64,000 nucleotides of DNA from a virus. Taxonomy: Duplodnaviria > Heunggongvirae > Uroviricota > Caudoviricetes. The notes below the pieces were generated by a model. That model saw only the letters and a list, made by a program, of their open reading frames with translations, made no database searches and was not told the DNA's origin. The stretch lies in IMG/VR virus record IMGVR_UViG_3300032007_000008; one strand, written 5' to 3'. The position numbers and the translations under genes were made by a program. This document shows, one piece after another, positions 9,468 through 19,469 of the stretch; position 1 is the stretch's first letter, and each line of letters starts with the position of its first letter.

Positions 9468-10154
9468 ATGATAAATTCAATCAACAATTTTGAACGCAGT
9501 TCTATAAAAAAGGCGTATAGAGGAATGTATGATTCGAAAAAGACCCAGATAAACGAGTCCGTCGATAACGCAAATGAATGTGGCGGCGTATCTGAAAACG
9601 ATTCTTCTTCCTTAACAGCCCAGTCCATGGACGATGAAGTTGTGATATGGGACAACGGTGGGGAAACATGGGATAGGTATACGGTTACATTTCCAAACTA
9701 TGGCGGTGAGACCTGGGGAATGGACGAGCACCCCTCTCATCCTCAGGGATTTGGAACCTACAGCGGTGATTTTTCTGTAGAGCATCTTGACAGCTGCGAA
9801 AAAATAGGAAAGAGGATTTCCTTTGCAGAGCTGCCAGAGGCATGTCAGAAGTTCGTAAACGGGCTTCTTGAGCAGTTTAAGAATGAAGATGATGAACCGA
9901 CAGATGAAATTGAAACCCCAGACGGCGGTTCGGTTGACGAGGCCAATACGACAAATCTTTTGCCAAAATCCGAAGAGCTTCGCGAAAAGTCAAAAATTCT
10001 CGAACAGCAAATTGTAAAGATTGCCGAAATCAGTCAAAATGGCATAGAGAAGGTTTCGAACAGCGTCGAGCTTCTCGATTATCTTTCAGCCGCTGCCGAC
10101 TCTTTGCGGAAGACTGCCGATTCTATGGTTGCTGAAATAAGTAAATATCGATAA
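9468..10154 (+). CDS. putative late/internal head protein (IxxAY leader family)
   Basis: CTAAATA at 9437; leader MINSINNFERSSIKKAY...INES; DNGGETWDRYTV motif. Confidence 0.75.
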   Translation: MINSINNFERSSIKKAYRGMYDSKKTQINESVDNANECGGVSENDSSSLTAQSMDDEVVIWDNGGETWDRYTVTFPNYGGETWGMDEHPSHPQGFGTYSGDFSVEHLDSCEKIGKRISFAELPEACQKFVNGLLEQFKNEDDEPTDEIETPDGGSVDEANTTNLLPKSEELREKSKILEQQIVKIAEISQNGIEKVSNSVELLDYLSAAADSLRKTADSMVAEISKYR

Positions 10155-10179
10155 GAGCAATTCGTATTTTTCTTAAGAT

Positions 10180-10208
10180 GGAGGTGTTTTTCAACACCTC
10201 CTTTTTTG
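10180..10208 (+). terminator. intrinsic terminator
   Basis: GGAGGTGTT...AACACCTCC followed by T run. Confidence 0.75.
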
Positions 10209-10274
10209 TTATTGCGAAGTTTCGAAAACTGTGTTATAATAGTCGCCAAATTGAACAACTAACAGGAGCAAACT

Positions 10275-10862
10275 ATGGATAACACAACCTCGTCGTCAAA
10301 TGCGATTTCCAAGGATACACTCTACGAAATCGAACTCAAGGGTATCGACATACCAAACAGCGTAAAGGTGATTCTCGCAAAGGGGGCGCATCTGAACATG
10401 TCTGTTCATGGACACCGCCGTTTGGTGGACATGACAAAGAATGAGTTCAATGTTGTCATGAAGGCGTTCGCAACAAATGACCTTGATTTCCTTAACGAGA
10501 ATATCGTCGATAAGAACCGCGTTCTGATTCGTCTCGACAAGAACAGCGGTACATATACGGTCTTCTATTACGACCACTACGACAATGGTTTCGTCTGCAA
10601 AAGCAACCTTTCATCCGAAGAGACTGTGAAAGTTCTCATTACGAACGGTGTTGACCCGAACAGCATTTACGAAGACCCCAAGTCTGGCAAGATGCGATAC
10701 ACCGATGGTACGCCCCAGCCAACGACAACAGTCTGCACATCGTTTGACAATTCCGACAAGAGTTACGAAGACAGCAATTTCCACTGCCCCTACATCGATA
10801 CAAGGGACTTTATCGGCGGAAAATGCTATCGTTGTCCGGTACACTGCATGATTGTAGGTTAA
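10275..10862 (+). CDS. hypothetical protein with C-terminal Cys/His cluster
   Basis: Promoter TTGCGA-17-TATAAT and AGGAG RBS. Confidence 0.7.
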   Translation: MDNTTSSSNAISKDTLYEIELKGIDIPNSVKVILAKGAHLNMSVHGHRRLVDMTKNEFNVVMKAFATNDLDFLNENIVDKNRVLIRLDKNSGTYTVFYYDHYDNGFVCKSNLSSEETVKVLITNGVDPNSIYEDPKSGKMRYTDGTPQPTTTVCTSFDNSDKSYEDSNFHCPYIDTRDFIGGKCYRCPVHCMIVG

Positions 10863-10874
10863 TAGGAGGGTGAA

Positions 10875-12107
10875 ATGGACGAGAACCTTTCCGATATCAA
10901 GCCGCGTTACCTGATAATGGTGACTGCCGACAACCATAACAAATTCTACAAGCAGATTCCCCATGGAAGCTCATGGACTGCCGAATACGGTAGGGTTGGT
11001 TGCAGTTCGCAGACAAGAGATTATCCGATGTCTCTCTGGGACAAGAAGTACAACGAGAAGTTGAGGAAAGGCTATATCGACCAAACCGAACTCGTAAAGG
11101 AACTCATAACTGAAAATACCGACGACAGCGGAAAAACAGAAGCCGAGATAGAGAACAAAGCCATTGCGGATGTCGTCAAAAGGTTGCAGAAATATGCAAA
11201 GGTCGCAATCAGCGAAAACTACACCATTTCTGACAACAAGGTAACGCAGTCAATGGTTGATGAGGCACAGCGTGTATTGTCAGAACTTGTCGGCATAACT
11301 ACCGTTGCCGATTTCAACGAGAAGCTTCTCAAGCTGTTCAACACGATTCCGCGAAAGATGGATAAGGTTCAGAACTACCTCTCCACAAAGACATCGGAGT
11401 TTGCGGAAATCATAAGCCGCGAGCAGGACATTCTCGATGTCATGAAGGGACAGGTCGTTCAGAACACGCAAGTGGTAAAGAAATCTTCAGATTCGTCGCA
11501 GAAGAAGGAGACCGAGACGATACTTGACAAGATGGGTCTTGAGTTCTACGAATGCGACAAACCTGAGATTGAGATAATCAAGAAGAAGCTCGGTTCGTGC
11601 GCTTCTATGCTCAAGAACGCATGGCGCGTCGTGAACAAGAAGACGCAGGCCAAGTTCGACAAGTTCGTAAGTGACAATAAGGTCAATGAGCGCGACCTTC
11701 TGTGGCATGGCTCTCGAAACGAGAATTGGTGGAGCATCATCAACCTTGGCCTCGTTCTCAACCCGACAAATGTCGTTATAAGCGGTCATATGTTTGGCCA
11801 TGGGCTGTATTTCGCAAATCGTGCGAAGAAAAGTTTCGGGTACACTTCCGGAAATGGAAGCTATTGGGCGCGTGGGTATTCTAATACGGCATTTCTGTCG
11901 CTGTTCGACGTTGCCATGGGCAAGTCATTTTATACGGCAAACCACAAATACGAGTATTATGACTACAACTGGAACACGTTTACCAAAAAGCATCCGAACT
12001 GCTTGAGCTTTTTCGCAAAGGGAGGTGCAGACCTTCGAAACGACGAGATTATCGTATACCGTGACGACCAATGCACGATAAAGTATCTTGTTGAATTGAG
12101 CTGCTAA
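10875..12107 (+). CDS. PARP-family ADP-ribosyltransferase (WGR + regulatory + catalytic domains)
   Basis: NKFY/YGRVG WGR-like domain; LLWHGS, GHMFGHGLYFA, KSFGY, LRNDEIIVY give the H-Y-E triad. Confidence 0.9.
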   Translation: MDENLSDIKPRYLIMVTADNHNKFYKQIPHGSSWTAEYGRVGCSSQTRDYPMSLWDKKYNEKLRKGYIDQTELVKELITENTDDSGKTEAEIENKAIADVVKRLQKYAKVAISENYTISDNKVTQSMVDEAQRVLSELVGITTVADFNEKLLKLFNTIPRKMDKVQNYLSTKTSEFAEIISREQDILDVMKGQVVQNTQVVKKSSDSSQKKETETILDKMGLEFYECDKPEIEIIKKKLGSCASMLKNAWRVVNKKTQAKFDKFVSDNKVNERDLLWHGSRNENWWSIINLGLVLNPTNVVISGHMFGHGLYFANRAKKSFGYTSGNGSYWARGYSNTAFLSLFDVAMGKSFYTANHKYEYYDYNWNTFTKKHPNCLSFFAKGGADLRNDEIIVYRDDQCTIKYLVELSC

Positions 12108-12117
12108 TTGGAATATC

Positions 12118-12372
12118 ATGACAGTAAAGAAACTTAGAGAGCTGCTGGACGGTCTTGATGACGATTTTCGTGTGACAATTTCATGCGAAACGCCTGATGG
12201 GTGGGTATGCCCAGACGGATGCACCGTAGACCTGAATACGGGATATAGAGGGTTTGATTGGCATGGACACGAATTCGTGCTGATACCTGAAAAGAGACTT
12301 ATCTACACCAAAAAGGAAATAGATAAGCTCATGGAAAGCCATAGGTACAAAGATGACAGTAGAGGAGCTTAA
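12118..12372 (+). CDS. hypothetical protein (MTVxEL N-terminus)
   Basis: Common small phage ORF type, in operon. Confidence 0.65.
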   Translation: MTVKKLRELLDGLDDDFRVTISCETPDGWVCPDGCTVDLNTGYRGFDWHGHEFVLIPEKRLIYTKKEIDKLMESHRYKDDSRGA

Positions 12373-12766
12373 AGACTGTATCGACAGATACCTTAAAAGC
12401 CATTCTGGAAATGATGAGGTTCTTTTCTGCGACGACGGAATGAAACCATCATATTTCTCGATTTCGGCAATGGGGTCGATATTCGACAGGGAAGTGAAAC
12501 CTGCGGTAATTGAACATAGAAGAGAGAAGGTCGGAATAAAATGCAATGACGACCGCTTTCCCGGATGCAGCCATAGGAATAAAGAGACTGAAGAGTGCTT
12601 AAACAGCGTGGGGTATACATACAACGACAATGGAACGATAGACCGTTCGTATGGTATTTGTCCCTACTATAATCCTGTGTACAAGGAGGTGCCTGTTCAG
12701 CTTGAACCTCCTGAATATGCGCAAGAGAACATTTTTATGATTATACCACTTAAAGAGGCAAAATGA
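12353..12766 (+). CDS. hypothetical Cys-containing protein
   Basis: 137 aa, overlaps neighbours in operon. Confidence 0.65.
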   Translation: MTVEELKDCIDRYLKSHSGNDEVLFCDDGMKPSYFSISAMGSIFDREVKPAVIEHRREKVGIKCNDDRFPGCSHRNKETEECLNSVGYTYNDNGTIDRSYGICPYYNPVYKEVPVQLEPPEYAQENIFMIIPLKEAK

Positions 12767-13563
12767 TGAAACGGGAATATAAAATATATCTTAAGAATTT
12801 GGCAGACGGAAAGACTGAAGATGTTGAAAGATTCGAAGCCGACAATCCTGAAGAGGCTATAAAGAGAACAAAGTCTTATCGAGAGGCTGCAAATTGTGCA
12901 GCTGGAAAAGAATACTATTGGGATTATGTCGTAATCCATATACAGCTAGACGAGCACGGCAAGGAAGTCGATAGGGCGGAATCCATACACGAGCTGCACG
13001 AAAAGATGAAGAGCCGCGAGACGAAAAGCGAAAAAATTCGCTTTTTCTTCAGGGTTGTGTTTGACAGGATTTCAGACAAATACTATAAAATAAAATATGC
13101 TTTCCAAAGAATGTTTCGGGGATATGATGATGTCGATTCGTTCAGCATAAGCGACCGCATACTTAACTTTCTTCTGCACAATATACCGATAATGATTGAA
13201 AACCTACACGGCTGTCCGACAAAATACTGCGAAAGGGCTTCAGAGCTTATAGAAAAATCCAATGGTTTTGAATTCGACGGATATCCACAGAAGTCATCGC
13301 TTTCCATGAACATAGCAATGGCACTATGGAAGACGAGATTGGAAAATATACTTAAAAGCGCACGTCTGTATCTATATTATTCTTCTTATGGCATACAATC
13401 CGCTGACGACGAGAACTGGATAAATCCGTCAGACTATCCAATCCCCCTTATGGAATGCACGGAAAGCCTGATTGATTATGAAAAATTGTACGAGTTGCAG
13501 GAAAACGCAAAGAACAAGATGTTCGATTACCTGCGTGAAGATTTCGGAGCTATGTGGAACTGA
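12763..13563 (+). CDS. hypothetical protein
   Basis: 266 aa; FQRMFRGYDD motif; ATGA coupling. Confidence 0.7.
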   Translation: MMKREYKIYLKNLADGKTEDVERFEADNPEEAIKRTKSYREAANCAAGKEYYWDYVVIHIQLDEHGKEVDRAESIHELHEKMKSRETKSEKIRFFFRVVFDRISDKYYKIKYAFQRMFRGYDDVDSFSISDRILNFLLHNIPIMIENLHGCPTKYCERASELIEKSNGFEFDGYPQKSSLSMNIAMALWKTRLENILKSARLYLYYSSYGIQSADDENWINPSDYPIPLMECTESLIDYEKLYELQENAKNKMFDYLREDFGAMWN

Positions 13564-13572
13564 GGTTGTCAT

Positions 13573-13833
13573 ATGACGATAGACAAGATGATTGACACTT
13601 TGACTGTTCTCAAGGGCAAAGTTGGCGGAGATGAGGAAGTGCCTGTTGTACGGATTGACTATGGCGAAAACGACTACATCATCCCAGATTTTGCTGTATG
13701 CGGAAACTTCTGCGACCAAGACGGAAACGAATTCAAGTGTGCATTGGTAGGTTCAGGCGGAGGAGAGGAGTTTACAAAAACCGGAACCGGCCATTATAAT
13801 TGGAATGCGAAAACTGATATCGTAAAGGTATAA
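13573..13833 (+). CDS. hypothetical protein
   Basis: 86 aa with GAGG RBS. Confidence 0.65.
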   Translation: MTIDKMIDTLTVLKGKVGGDEEVPVVRIDYGENDYIIPDFAVCGNFCDQDGNEFKCALVGSGGGEEFTKTGTGHYNWNAKTDIVKV

Positions 13834-13853
13834 TTTAACTTAAGGAAACTGAT

Positions 13854-14249
13854 ATGAACAAAAATACAATAAGAATGAAGTTAGTGGAAACGGCCAAGCG
13901 CGTCCATACGCTCAAGGAACGTTTCGAATATATTGCGGAAAACAATAAGCTTGAGGAGTTCGGAGGATTCTTCCCAGGACAGTACAGCGTATCGGTTATG
14001 AACCCTCTATGGGAAATCTCCGATAAAGAGCGTGAAGCGTTCAGGGATTGGCTTTCCGAGAAATTCACACCGAATGACGACGAGTATTTGCTCGAATATC
14101 ATCTATCAAACGTAGATTGCGTGATAAGTGGATATTTCCACGGACTCGTTGACAAAAAGTTTGAAATTGACGAGCGGGTAGTCAAGAACTACATCGAATC
14201 GTGCGGGATGGTTGAAAAGACGATTCTTTCGATAATCGAAAATCTTTAA
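13854..14249 (+). CDS. hypothetical protein
   Basis: 131 aa with AAGGA RBS. Confidence 0.65.
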   Translation: MNKNTIRMKLVETAKRVHTLKERFEYIAENNKLEEFGGFFPGQYSVSVMNPLWEISDKEREAFRDWLSEKFTPNDDEYLLEYHLSNVDCVISGYFHGLVDKKFEIDERVVKNYIESCGMVEKTILSIIENL

Positions 14250-14267
14250 TCAATCGAAACATGGAAA

Positions 14268-14298
14268 CAAAAAGGACGCCAGCGATGGCGTCCTTTTT
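14268..14298. terminator. bidirectional terminator
   Basis: AAAAAGGACGCCA...TGGCGTCCTTTTT between convergent genes. Confidence 0.75.
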
Positions 14299-14653
14299 AT
14301 TTGGATTCTTTAGTTGGTCTACAGTATTTGCAGTTCGGAAGATGGAGAATGCTTCTCCCATGGTACAGATGATACTTTAGATATTCATGACGTTCGCCGC
14401 GAACTGAAATCTCCACCAACGAAAACTCGCCAGAAGCATCAGTCTCGATTCCGTTTTCTTTTTCATAGAATCCGCACAGTAACATTGAAACTGCGACTGC
14501 CACGGATGCGAACAATATCTTTATGTTATGCTTTTTCATGTTTTGGCTTTCTGTTTGTCGGGATTCGTAGATTCCTACGAAATACAACACAATAATCAAT
14601 GCAAACAACAGCAGTGCAATGCCAAGAATGGAAAACATGACAAATTCAGCCAT
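14297..14653 (-). CDS. membrane protein with C-terminal HxPxCxxC
   Basis: Two hydrophobic segments. Confidence 0.65.
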   Translation of the reverse strand: MAEFVMFSILGIALLLFALIIVLYFVGIYESRQTESQNMKKHNIKILFASVAVAVSMLLCGFYEKENGIETDASGEFSLVEISVRGERHEYLKYHLYHGRSILHLPNCKYCRPTKESK

Positions 14654-15437
14654 CAGAAATACCCTTCGCTATTATAATGTCTTCTTTATTAATCTTTTTG
14701 TATTTCTCGTTTTCGTGGTATCCTTCCGATGCGTACATTATCTCACAGAGATTTTTTAGAAGGTCGTCTGTGCTATAGCTTCCATTTGAGCCATCCCCCT
14801 TACAACGTGCGCAGTTTTTTAGTTCCATTTCAATCTTCTGCAATGTTACCGCCATTGCGAGAGCTTCATCATATAGGCTTTGGTATCTTAAGTTGGGTAC
14901 GCATTCCATTCTCTTGATTGACTTAACCCTCTCGTCGAGAACCCTAGCCCACTTGTCTATGTGACGTTGGAGGTCATATCCCTTTTCTTCGTGTAGCGTT
15001 CGTATGTCGGAGGAAAGCCTTTCCAGCCTGTTTATATTATCCTCCATAGTCCAGTACTGTGGATTTACGTTTTTGTTTGGTGCATATGGAAGTGCCTTAT
15101 AATCGCAATCGTTGTCTTCGTATGACGATGTTGATTCATGCAAGAGCTGTTCTTCCCCGTTGTCGCTATTTTTGCAGTCTGCCGAAGATTTCAGCATATC
15201 CAATATTGAAACTGCCTTTTCCGTCTTTGCCTTTTTGTCGTCATCGATAACTTCATCGAAAACATGAGGCTCATAGAGCCATTTTATAAATCGTCCAGCG
15301 GATACTCCCTCATGAACGTTATAGACGTATTCGCGCTTTTCCTTTGTGTATGCATCTATTGCATTGTCAACTGTCTTGTAAAAAGCAAAGTTTGTTACTA
15401 CTTCGGGTTGCGGAAGATTTTTGTCTATGTGTATCAT
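14646..15437 (-). CDS. hypothetical protein
   Basis: 263 aa ORF. Confidence 0.7.
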   Translation of the reverse strand: MIHIDKNLPQPEVVTNFAFYKTVDNAIDAYTKEKREYVYNVHEGVSAGRFIKWLYEPHVFDEVIDDDKKAKTEKAVSILDMLKSSADCKNSDNGEEQLLHESTSSYEDNDCDYKALPYAPNKNVNPQYWTMEDNINRLERLSSDIRTLHEEKGYDLQRHIDKWARVLDERVKSIKRMECVPNLRYQSLYDEALAMAVTLQKIEMELKNCARCKGDGSNGSYSTDDLLKNLCEIMYASEGYHENEKYKKINKEDIIIAKGISDG

Positions 15438-15468
15438 AATGGTTAAATTATACCGCCATACAAGCAGT

Positions 15469-16869
15469 TTAGACCTTCAGACCCATTATCATTCCGTCGC
15501 GAGCTGTGTCCTGAAGTTCCGTAAACCCTATCTTCTTCGCAAGGGATACCACAGCCTCTTTCGAAGTTCCGCTATCAGGCTGAACTTTCATCAGAAACTG
15601 CCATATTCCTCTTTTTTCTGTTATGTCGGATAAAGCCTTCCGAGCTATCATCTTAGCATATCCAAGACCGCGAAACGGCTTCTCCACGTGAATGTATTCA
15701 ATGTTGCATATCAGCGAATATGGGTCGAAGAAAGACATGCACCGCTCGTCGAAATCCTCTATTTCGCCAGAGAATTTAGATGCTATCTCATCAGAATATC
15801 CGACGTTTATGTCCATGTAAGCAACATATGTTCCCTCTTTCGTCATAACGGAATAGCCATTTCCATCAGAGTCGAACTTAAGCTCGTCAACATCCCTTGT
15901 TGAGTCTTCGTTCACCGTATCCCGTCCAAGTAGAGATTTTTTCTCGTCACACCATTTTCTGAAAAGTACGTTTCCGTTGCTGTAAGCCTCGGACTCCACG
16001 TTTTCAAGCTCAGGGTTCTCGTCTATCGTGCCATCTTTGTCGAGATTTTCAAATTCGCGTCCTCCAACTACATGCTGATGGTGGTGAAAAAGTTCGTGGG
16101 CGAAAGTTCTCAGTATGTCCTTCGGATGGCGACCGCTTACAAATATCCTTATTATGCAACCGTCGCAGTCGTAGTTTCCGGTCTTTCCGAGAACGTCCTG
16201 CGGCTCATCCAAAAGAACTATCTTCGGCCTTGGGGAGCAGATGCATCCATTCCTGTCGAAATAGTCCATCATGTCGTAGAAGAGAGGTTCTATACTGTCG
16301 TTTCCAAAAGATTCGTTTATGTCGCCAGACATGTCGAACGAATCTATCAGAGAGACAATCTTTTTTTCGTGACTCTTGTCGGACGACTTATAGAAAAAGT
16401 TCTGTTGAGTCCCCTTTGTCCATTTGGACTTGGCTATCGTCTTTTTCTTCAGACCAAACTGTCCGTAGAAATCCAAAAGACCCTTTCCACCGTCCTTATC
16501 GACAGCCCACCACACGTTTTCGTACTCTGAAAGGATTTTATTTATGAGACGCTTTCCATAGCCCTTCGTGAAAGATTGTATTTCCGCGAGGAGGATTATG
16601 TCCTTTGTCTCGCTGTCGTTCGGAACGTGTTTCAGCACACAGAGAGCACGGCATTTGCCATCCTTGAATATTCCGTACCATTTCTTCTTTTTGTCTTTGA
16701 AGTATTTTACGAATTGCGCTCTACTATAGCGTTCATTTTCATTGTAAGACTTTGCGTCATCGAGAATTTTCTTAACCTCATCATCTGACTTCACAAATTC
16801 AAATGACGCCTTTCCAGACGATTCAAAAAGAACCGTCCTATATGCGTTCTGTATGGTCAACCGTTCCAT
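15469..16869 (-). CDS. polyvalent protein: GNAT-like + HExxH metallopeptidase + GNAT (IxxAY leader family)
   Basis: KGYGKRL..FY GNAT-like motif; LRTFAHELFHHHQH; IHVEKPFRGLGYAK; leader TIQNAY; GTAAATA upstream. Confidence 0.8.
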   Translation of the reverse strand: MERLTIQNAYRTVLFESSGKASFEFVKSDDEVKKILDDAKSYNENERYSRAQFVKYFKDKKKKWYGIFKDGKCRALCVLKHVPNDSETKDIILLAEIQSFTKGYGKRLINKILSEYENVWWAVDKDGGKGLLDFYGQFGLKKKTIAKSKWTKGTQQNFFYKSSDKSHEKKIVSLIDSFDMSGDINESFGNDSIEPLFYDMMDYFDRNGCICSPRPKIVLLDEPQDVLGKTGNYDCDGCIIRIFVSGRHPKDILRTFAHELFHHHQHVVGGREFENLDKDGTIDENPELENVESEAYSNGNVLFRKWCDEKKSLLGRDTVNEDSTRDVDELKFDSDGNGYSVMTKEGTYVAYMDINVGYSDEIASKFSGEIEDFDERCMSFFDPYSLICNIEYIHVEKPFRGLGYAKMIARKALSDITEKRGIWQFLMKVQPDSGTSKEAVVSLAKKIGFTELQDTARDGMIMGLKV

Positions 16870-16887
16870 TTCTAGTTTCCAGAATAT

Positions 16888-17061
16888 TTACTTGGAGGCG
16901 TTCTTCGACACTTCCGCGTTTTTTCTATGTCTCACACAGCGTCCGTAGGATTCCGCTATGTTGAATCTCTCCATCTGCATGGATGAAGATTTCACGGTTT
17001 CTTTAGAGTTTCCGTAGTAGACTCCCCTATATGCGTTTTCGATTGTTCTTCTCGTATTCAT
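16888..17061 (-). CDS. 57 aa protein made of two IxxAY-like leader copies
   Basis: Manual translation MNTRRTIENAYRGVY...RFNIAESYGR...; below the ORF-track cutoff. Confidence 0.55.
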   Translation of the reverse strand: MNTRRTIENAYRGVYYGNSKETVKSSSMQMERFNIAESYGRCVRHRKNAEVSKNASK

Positions 17062-17091
17062 TGTATCGCCTTTACTAGTGTTTCGACTGAA

Positions 17092-17556
17092 TTAGACATA
17101 GACAGGTTCGATTTTCCCCCTAATCGTGTTTTCGAATGGTATGAATCCTACTGTTTCGTTTCCATCTCGGTACATTGCCGCAAGCTTGTTTGAATATACA
17201 GGCGGCGTTCGTTTATTTGTGGCCATCGTTATGTGCGGATTCGCGTTATTGCAGCCTATGTCTTCAACGTCGCCGGTCTTCACGAGAGCTGCAACGCAAT
17301 TCATATCGTACACGATTCCTTCCGTGTTTAATATAACAGCGGAACCGAACAGCGAGTTGTCGAAATCTGCAACCTGCGACGCACCATATGCCAATGTGAG
17401 ATGGTCGCAATACAGCTTATCGTAACTATTTCCGAACTTTGCACGTACAACGTTGGTCAAAAGCTCGGAACTTTGCTGCTCAAGCTTCACGCAGATGTAT
17501 TTTATTGTTTCGGAATTCATATTATTCAGAAAGCTCGTTGCAAATTTCTTCCGCAC
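17092..17556 (-). CDS. 2H phosphoesterase (tRNA-ligase CPDase-like)
   Basis: Two HxT motifs: DHLTL and PHITM; true start may be the downstream MNSE. Confidence 0.75.
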   Translation of the reverse strand: MRKKFATSFLNNMNSETIKYICVKLEQQSSELLTNVVRAKFGNSYDKLYCDHLTLAYGASQVADFDNSLFGSAVILNTEGIVYDMNCVAALVKTGDVEDIGCNNANPHITMATNKRTPPVYSNKLAAMYRDGNETVGFIPFENTIRGKIEPVYV

Positions 17557-19402
17557 GTTCAGCTATTTTTTCACTCCATGCTTCGGGATTGGCCACAAAC
17601 TCTTCAAGAGAACCCTGTTCCGACGATAATTCGTATACTATGAATCCTGCTATGGAATCGTCGCATCCGAGCATGTCCTTAACTATCGAAAATGCCTTCT
17701 TTTCCAAATCCGTATATCCTTCGCAGATGTCGTCGGACTCGTCGATGGAGGCATTCTTGCTTCTGTCGTACACTGCTTCTATTCCGAGCATTGAGGCTAT
17801 GTCGCGTCCTGTCGCCGTTCCGCTCAATATCTTCGCCCTGAGGGAATTCTTCTCGCCCATGTTGACGGACTCGTTTGCCATTCCTCCATTCTCAGAACGA
17901 ATCTTGTCAAGTTCCGCGTTGATTTGGCGAACCTCGTCCTGTACTACCGCCATCATCGAGTCGAAAACCCTCGCCGCATCCTCAGGATTGTGGAGTCCCC
18001 AGTTCGCCATGTAGTTTATGGATGTGTTCGTAGTCTCTTCGTATCCATATGTCATAGAGACGAGCCAAGCTGTCATTTCCGCCTCCTGTTCCTGGTCTCC
18101 GTACATTTTCTTCTTGGAGTACTTAGACCCAGGCCAATGGCACAGAGAGTGCGTAAGCTCATGAATCATCGTCTTAACTAGGTCTGAGTTTTCGGTGGCT
18201 CCTGCAAGAACTCGGATTTTCTTTCCGTTTTCTGCGGAATATCCGCGAGCACCACCCCTTATGTCTTCGACACCGAAGTCTATTCCGTTATTTTTGCATA
18301 CGCGGCGAATTGCTTCGGCAAGTTCAAGCGTAGCTTTTGTTGGATAGCCTGTATCGTCGTACCAGCTCATGTCTATCGGCTTTCCATCATCGTCTGTCGT
18401 GGTTGTGTCAACGTCGTTCGTCTTTGTTGGGTATTCATCCTTCGTGCCAGGCATTGGTTCGGTAAAGCGAACGTCGCAAAACGTCGATTCCCACTTGAAT
18501 TTTATGAATGTCTGATGACGGCTACCGTACATGAGTATTCTTCGTCTGAGAACATCCTTCTGTATTCCATTGAGTTCGTCAACGGATTTCTTTCCAACTT
18601 CATCTAGGAACTGCTTGGTTATGAATTCCTTGTCCGCAGACTTTCCGGCCGAACCACCACGGAATCCGCCTCCGCTGTCCTTTACGCACAATGTTATGAA
18701 CTTCGCATCGGCATTGACCGTTCTCTTGAATGTGCGTTTCCACGTTCCGGCAGCTTCCACGAGAGTGGCCTGCGGGTCTTGAATCATTATAAGAATAGTG
18801 TTGTTGAACGAATACAAACGGCCTCCGTTTGCGGCCAGCCTGTCTCTGAATCCTATAATCTGCTTTATCTTTTTCTTGAACTCGTCCGACGAAGTTATAT
18901 TCATCAGAGTCATCTTGAAATCTCTGAGCTTGTTTTGCAGTTCTGCGGCAAGCTCCTTCGTGTTGACACGATTTCCGTCAGGCAGCTCCACTGTGGATGC
19001 GGCGGTGTCTTCTCCACCACCGCTTATCAGCTTCTTAAGTTCCTCTTCGAGTGTATCGAGAATTCCCGGAATGGCAGATGCATCTTCGCCTGTTTCAGCA
19101 GCGATTTCCTCAAGAACCTTCTTGACTTTTGTGTTTAGAACAGCCCTTGGGCGGTCGTCCCAGTCAACTGCGGCAGGGCTGTTGGAGAATTTGTCCCATC
19201 TCACGCCATGCCTGTCCAGCATTGCCTTGTGTCCCCACGTGTCTAGCTGTCCCCTATCGACAACGAATTTTCCGTGGGTCTTCTTGTCCTTCGGGTTTGT
19301 GAACTTTCCGACTCTGAATATGTCGGGCAGTGCTTCGTCAATATTTGTGTTTTTAGATGCCAGATATGCTTCGCATATCCTTCTGTTCTCAAGATAGTTC
19401 AT
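17522..19402 (-). CDS. ArdC-like ssDNA-binding domain + HExxH metallopeptidase (IxxAY leader family)
   Basis: YSFNNTILIMIQDPQATLV...W...RTV ArdC-N motif; GGARGY; HELTH; EQEAE...YMANW; CTAAATA at 19441-19447. Confidence 0.8.
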   Translation of the reverse strand: MNYLENRRICEAYLASKNTNIDEALPDIFRVGKFTNPKDKKTHGKFVVDRGQLDTWGHKAMLDRHGVRWDKFSNSPAAVDWDDRPRAVLNTKVKKVLEEIAAETGEDASAIPGILDTLEEELKKLISGGGEDTAASTVELPDGNRVNTKELAAELQNKLRDFKMTLMNITSSDEFKKKIKQIIGFRDRLAANGGRLYSFNNTILIMIQDPQATLVEAAGTWKRTFKRTVNADAKFITLCVKDSGGGFRGGSAGKSADKEFITKQFLDEVGKKSVDELNGIQKDVLRRRILMYGSRHQTFIKFKWESTFCDVRFTEPMPGTKDEYPTKTNDVDTTTTDDDGKPIDMSWYDDTGYPTKATLELAEAIRRVCKNNGIDFGVEDIRGGARGYSAENGKKIRVLAGATENSDLVKTMIHELTHSLCHWPGSKYSKKKMYGDQEQEAEMTAWLVSMTYGYEETTNTSINYMANWGLHNPEDAARVFDSMMAVVQDEVRQINAELDKIRSENGGMANESVNMGEKNSLRAKILSGTATGRDIASMLGIEAVYDRSKNASIDESDDICEGYTDLEKKAFSIVKDMLGCDDSIAGFIVYELSSEQGSLEEFVANPEAWSEKIAERAEEICNELSE

Positions 19403-19469
19403 CTGTTTGTGCCATTCGCCGTAAATAAGGCATATGGCACTATTTAGGGTTTTTTGACTCTAATGCTGT

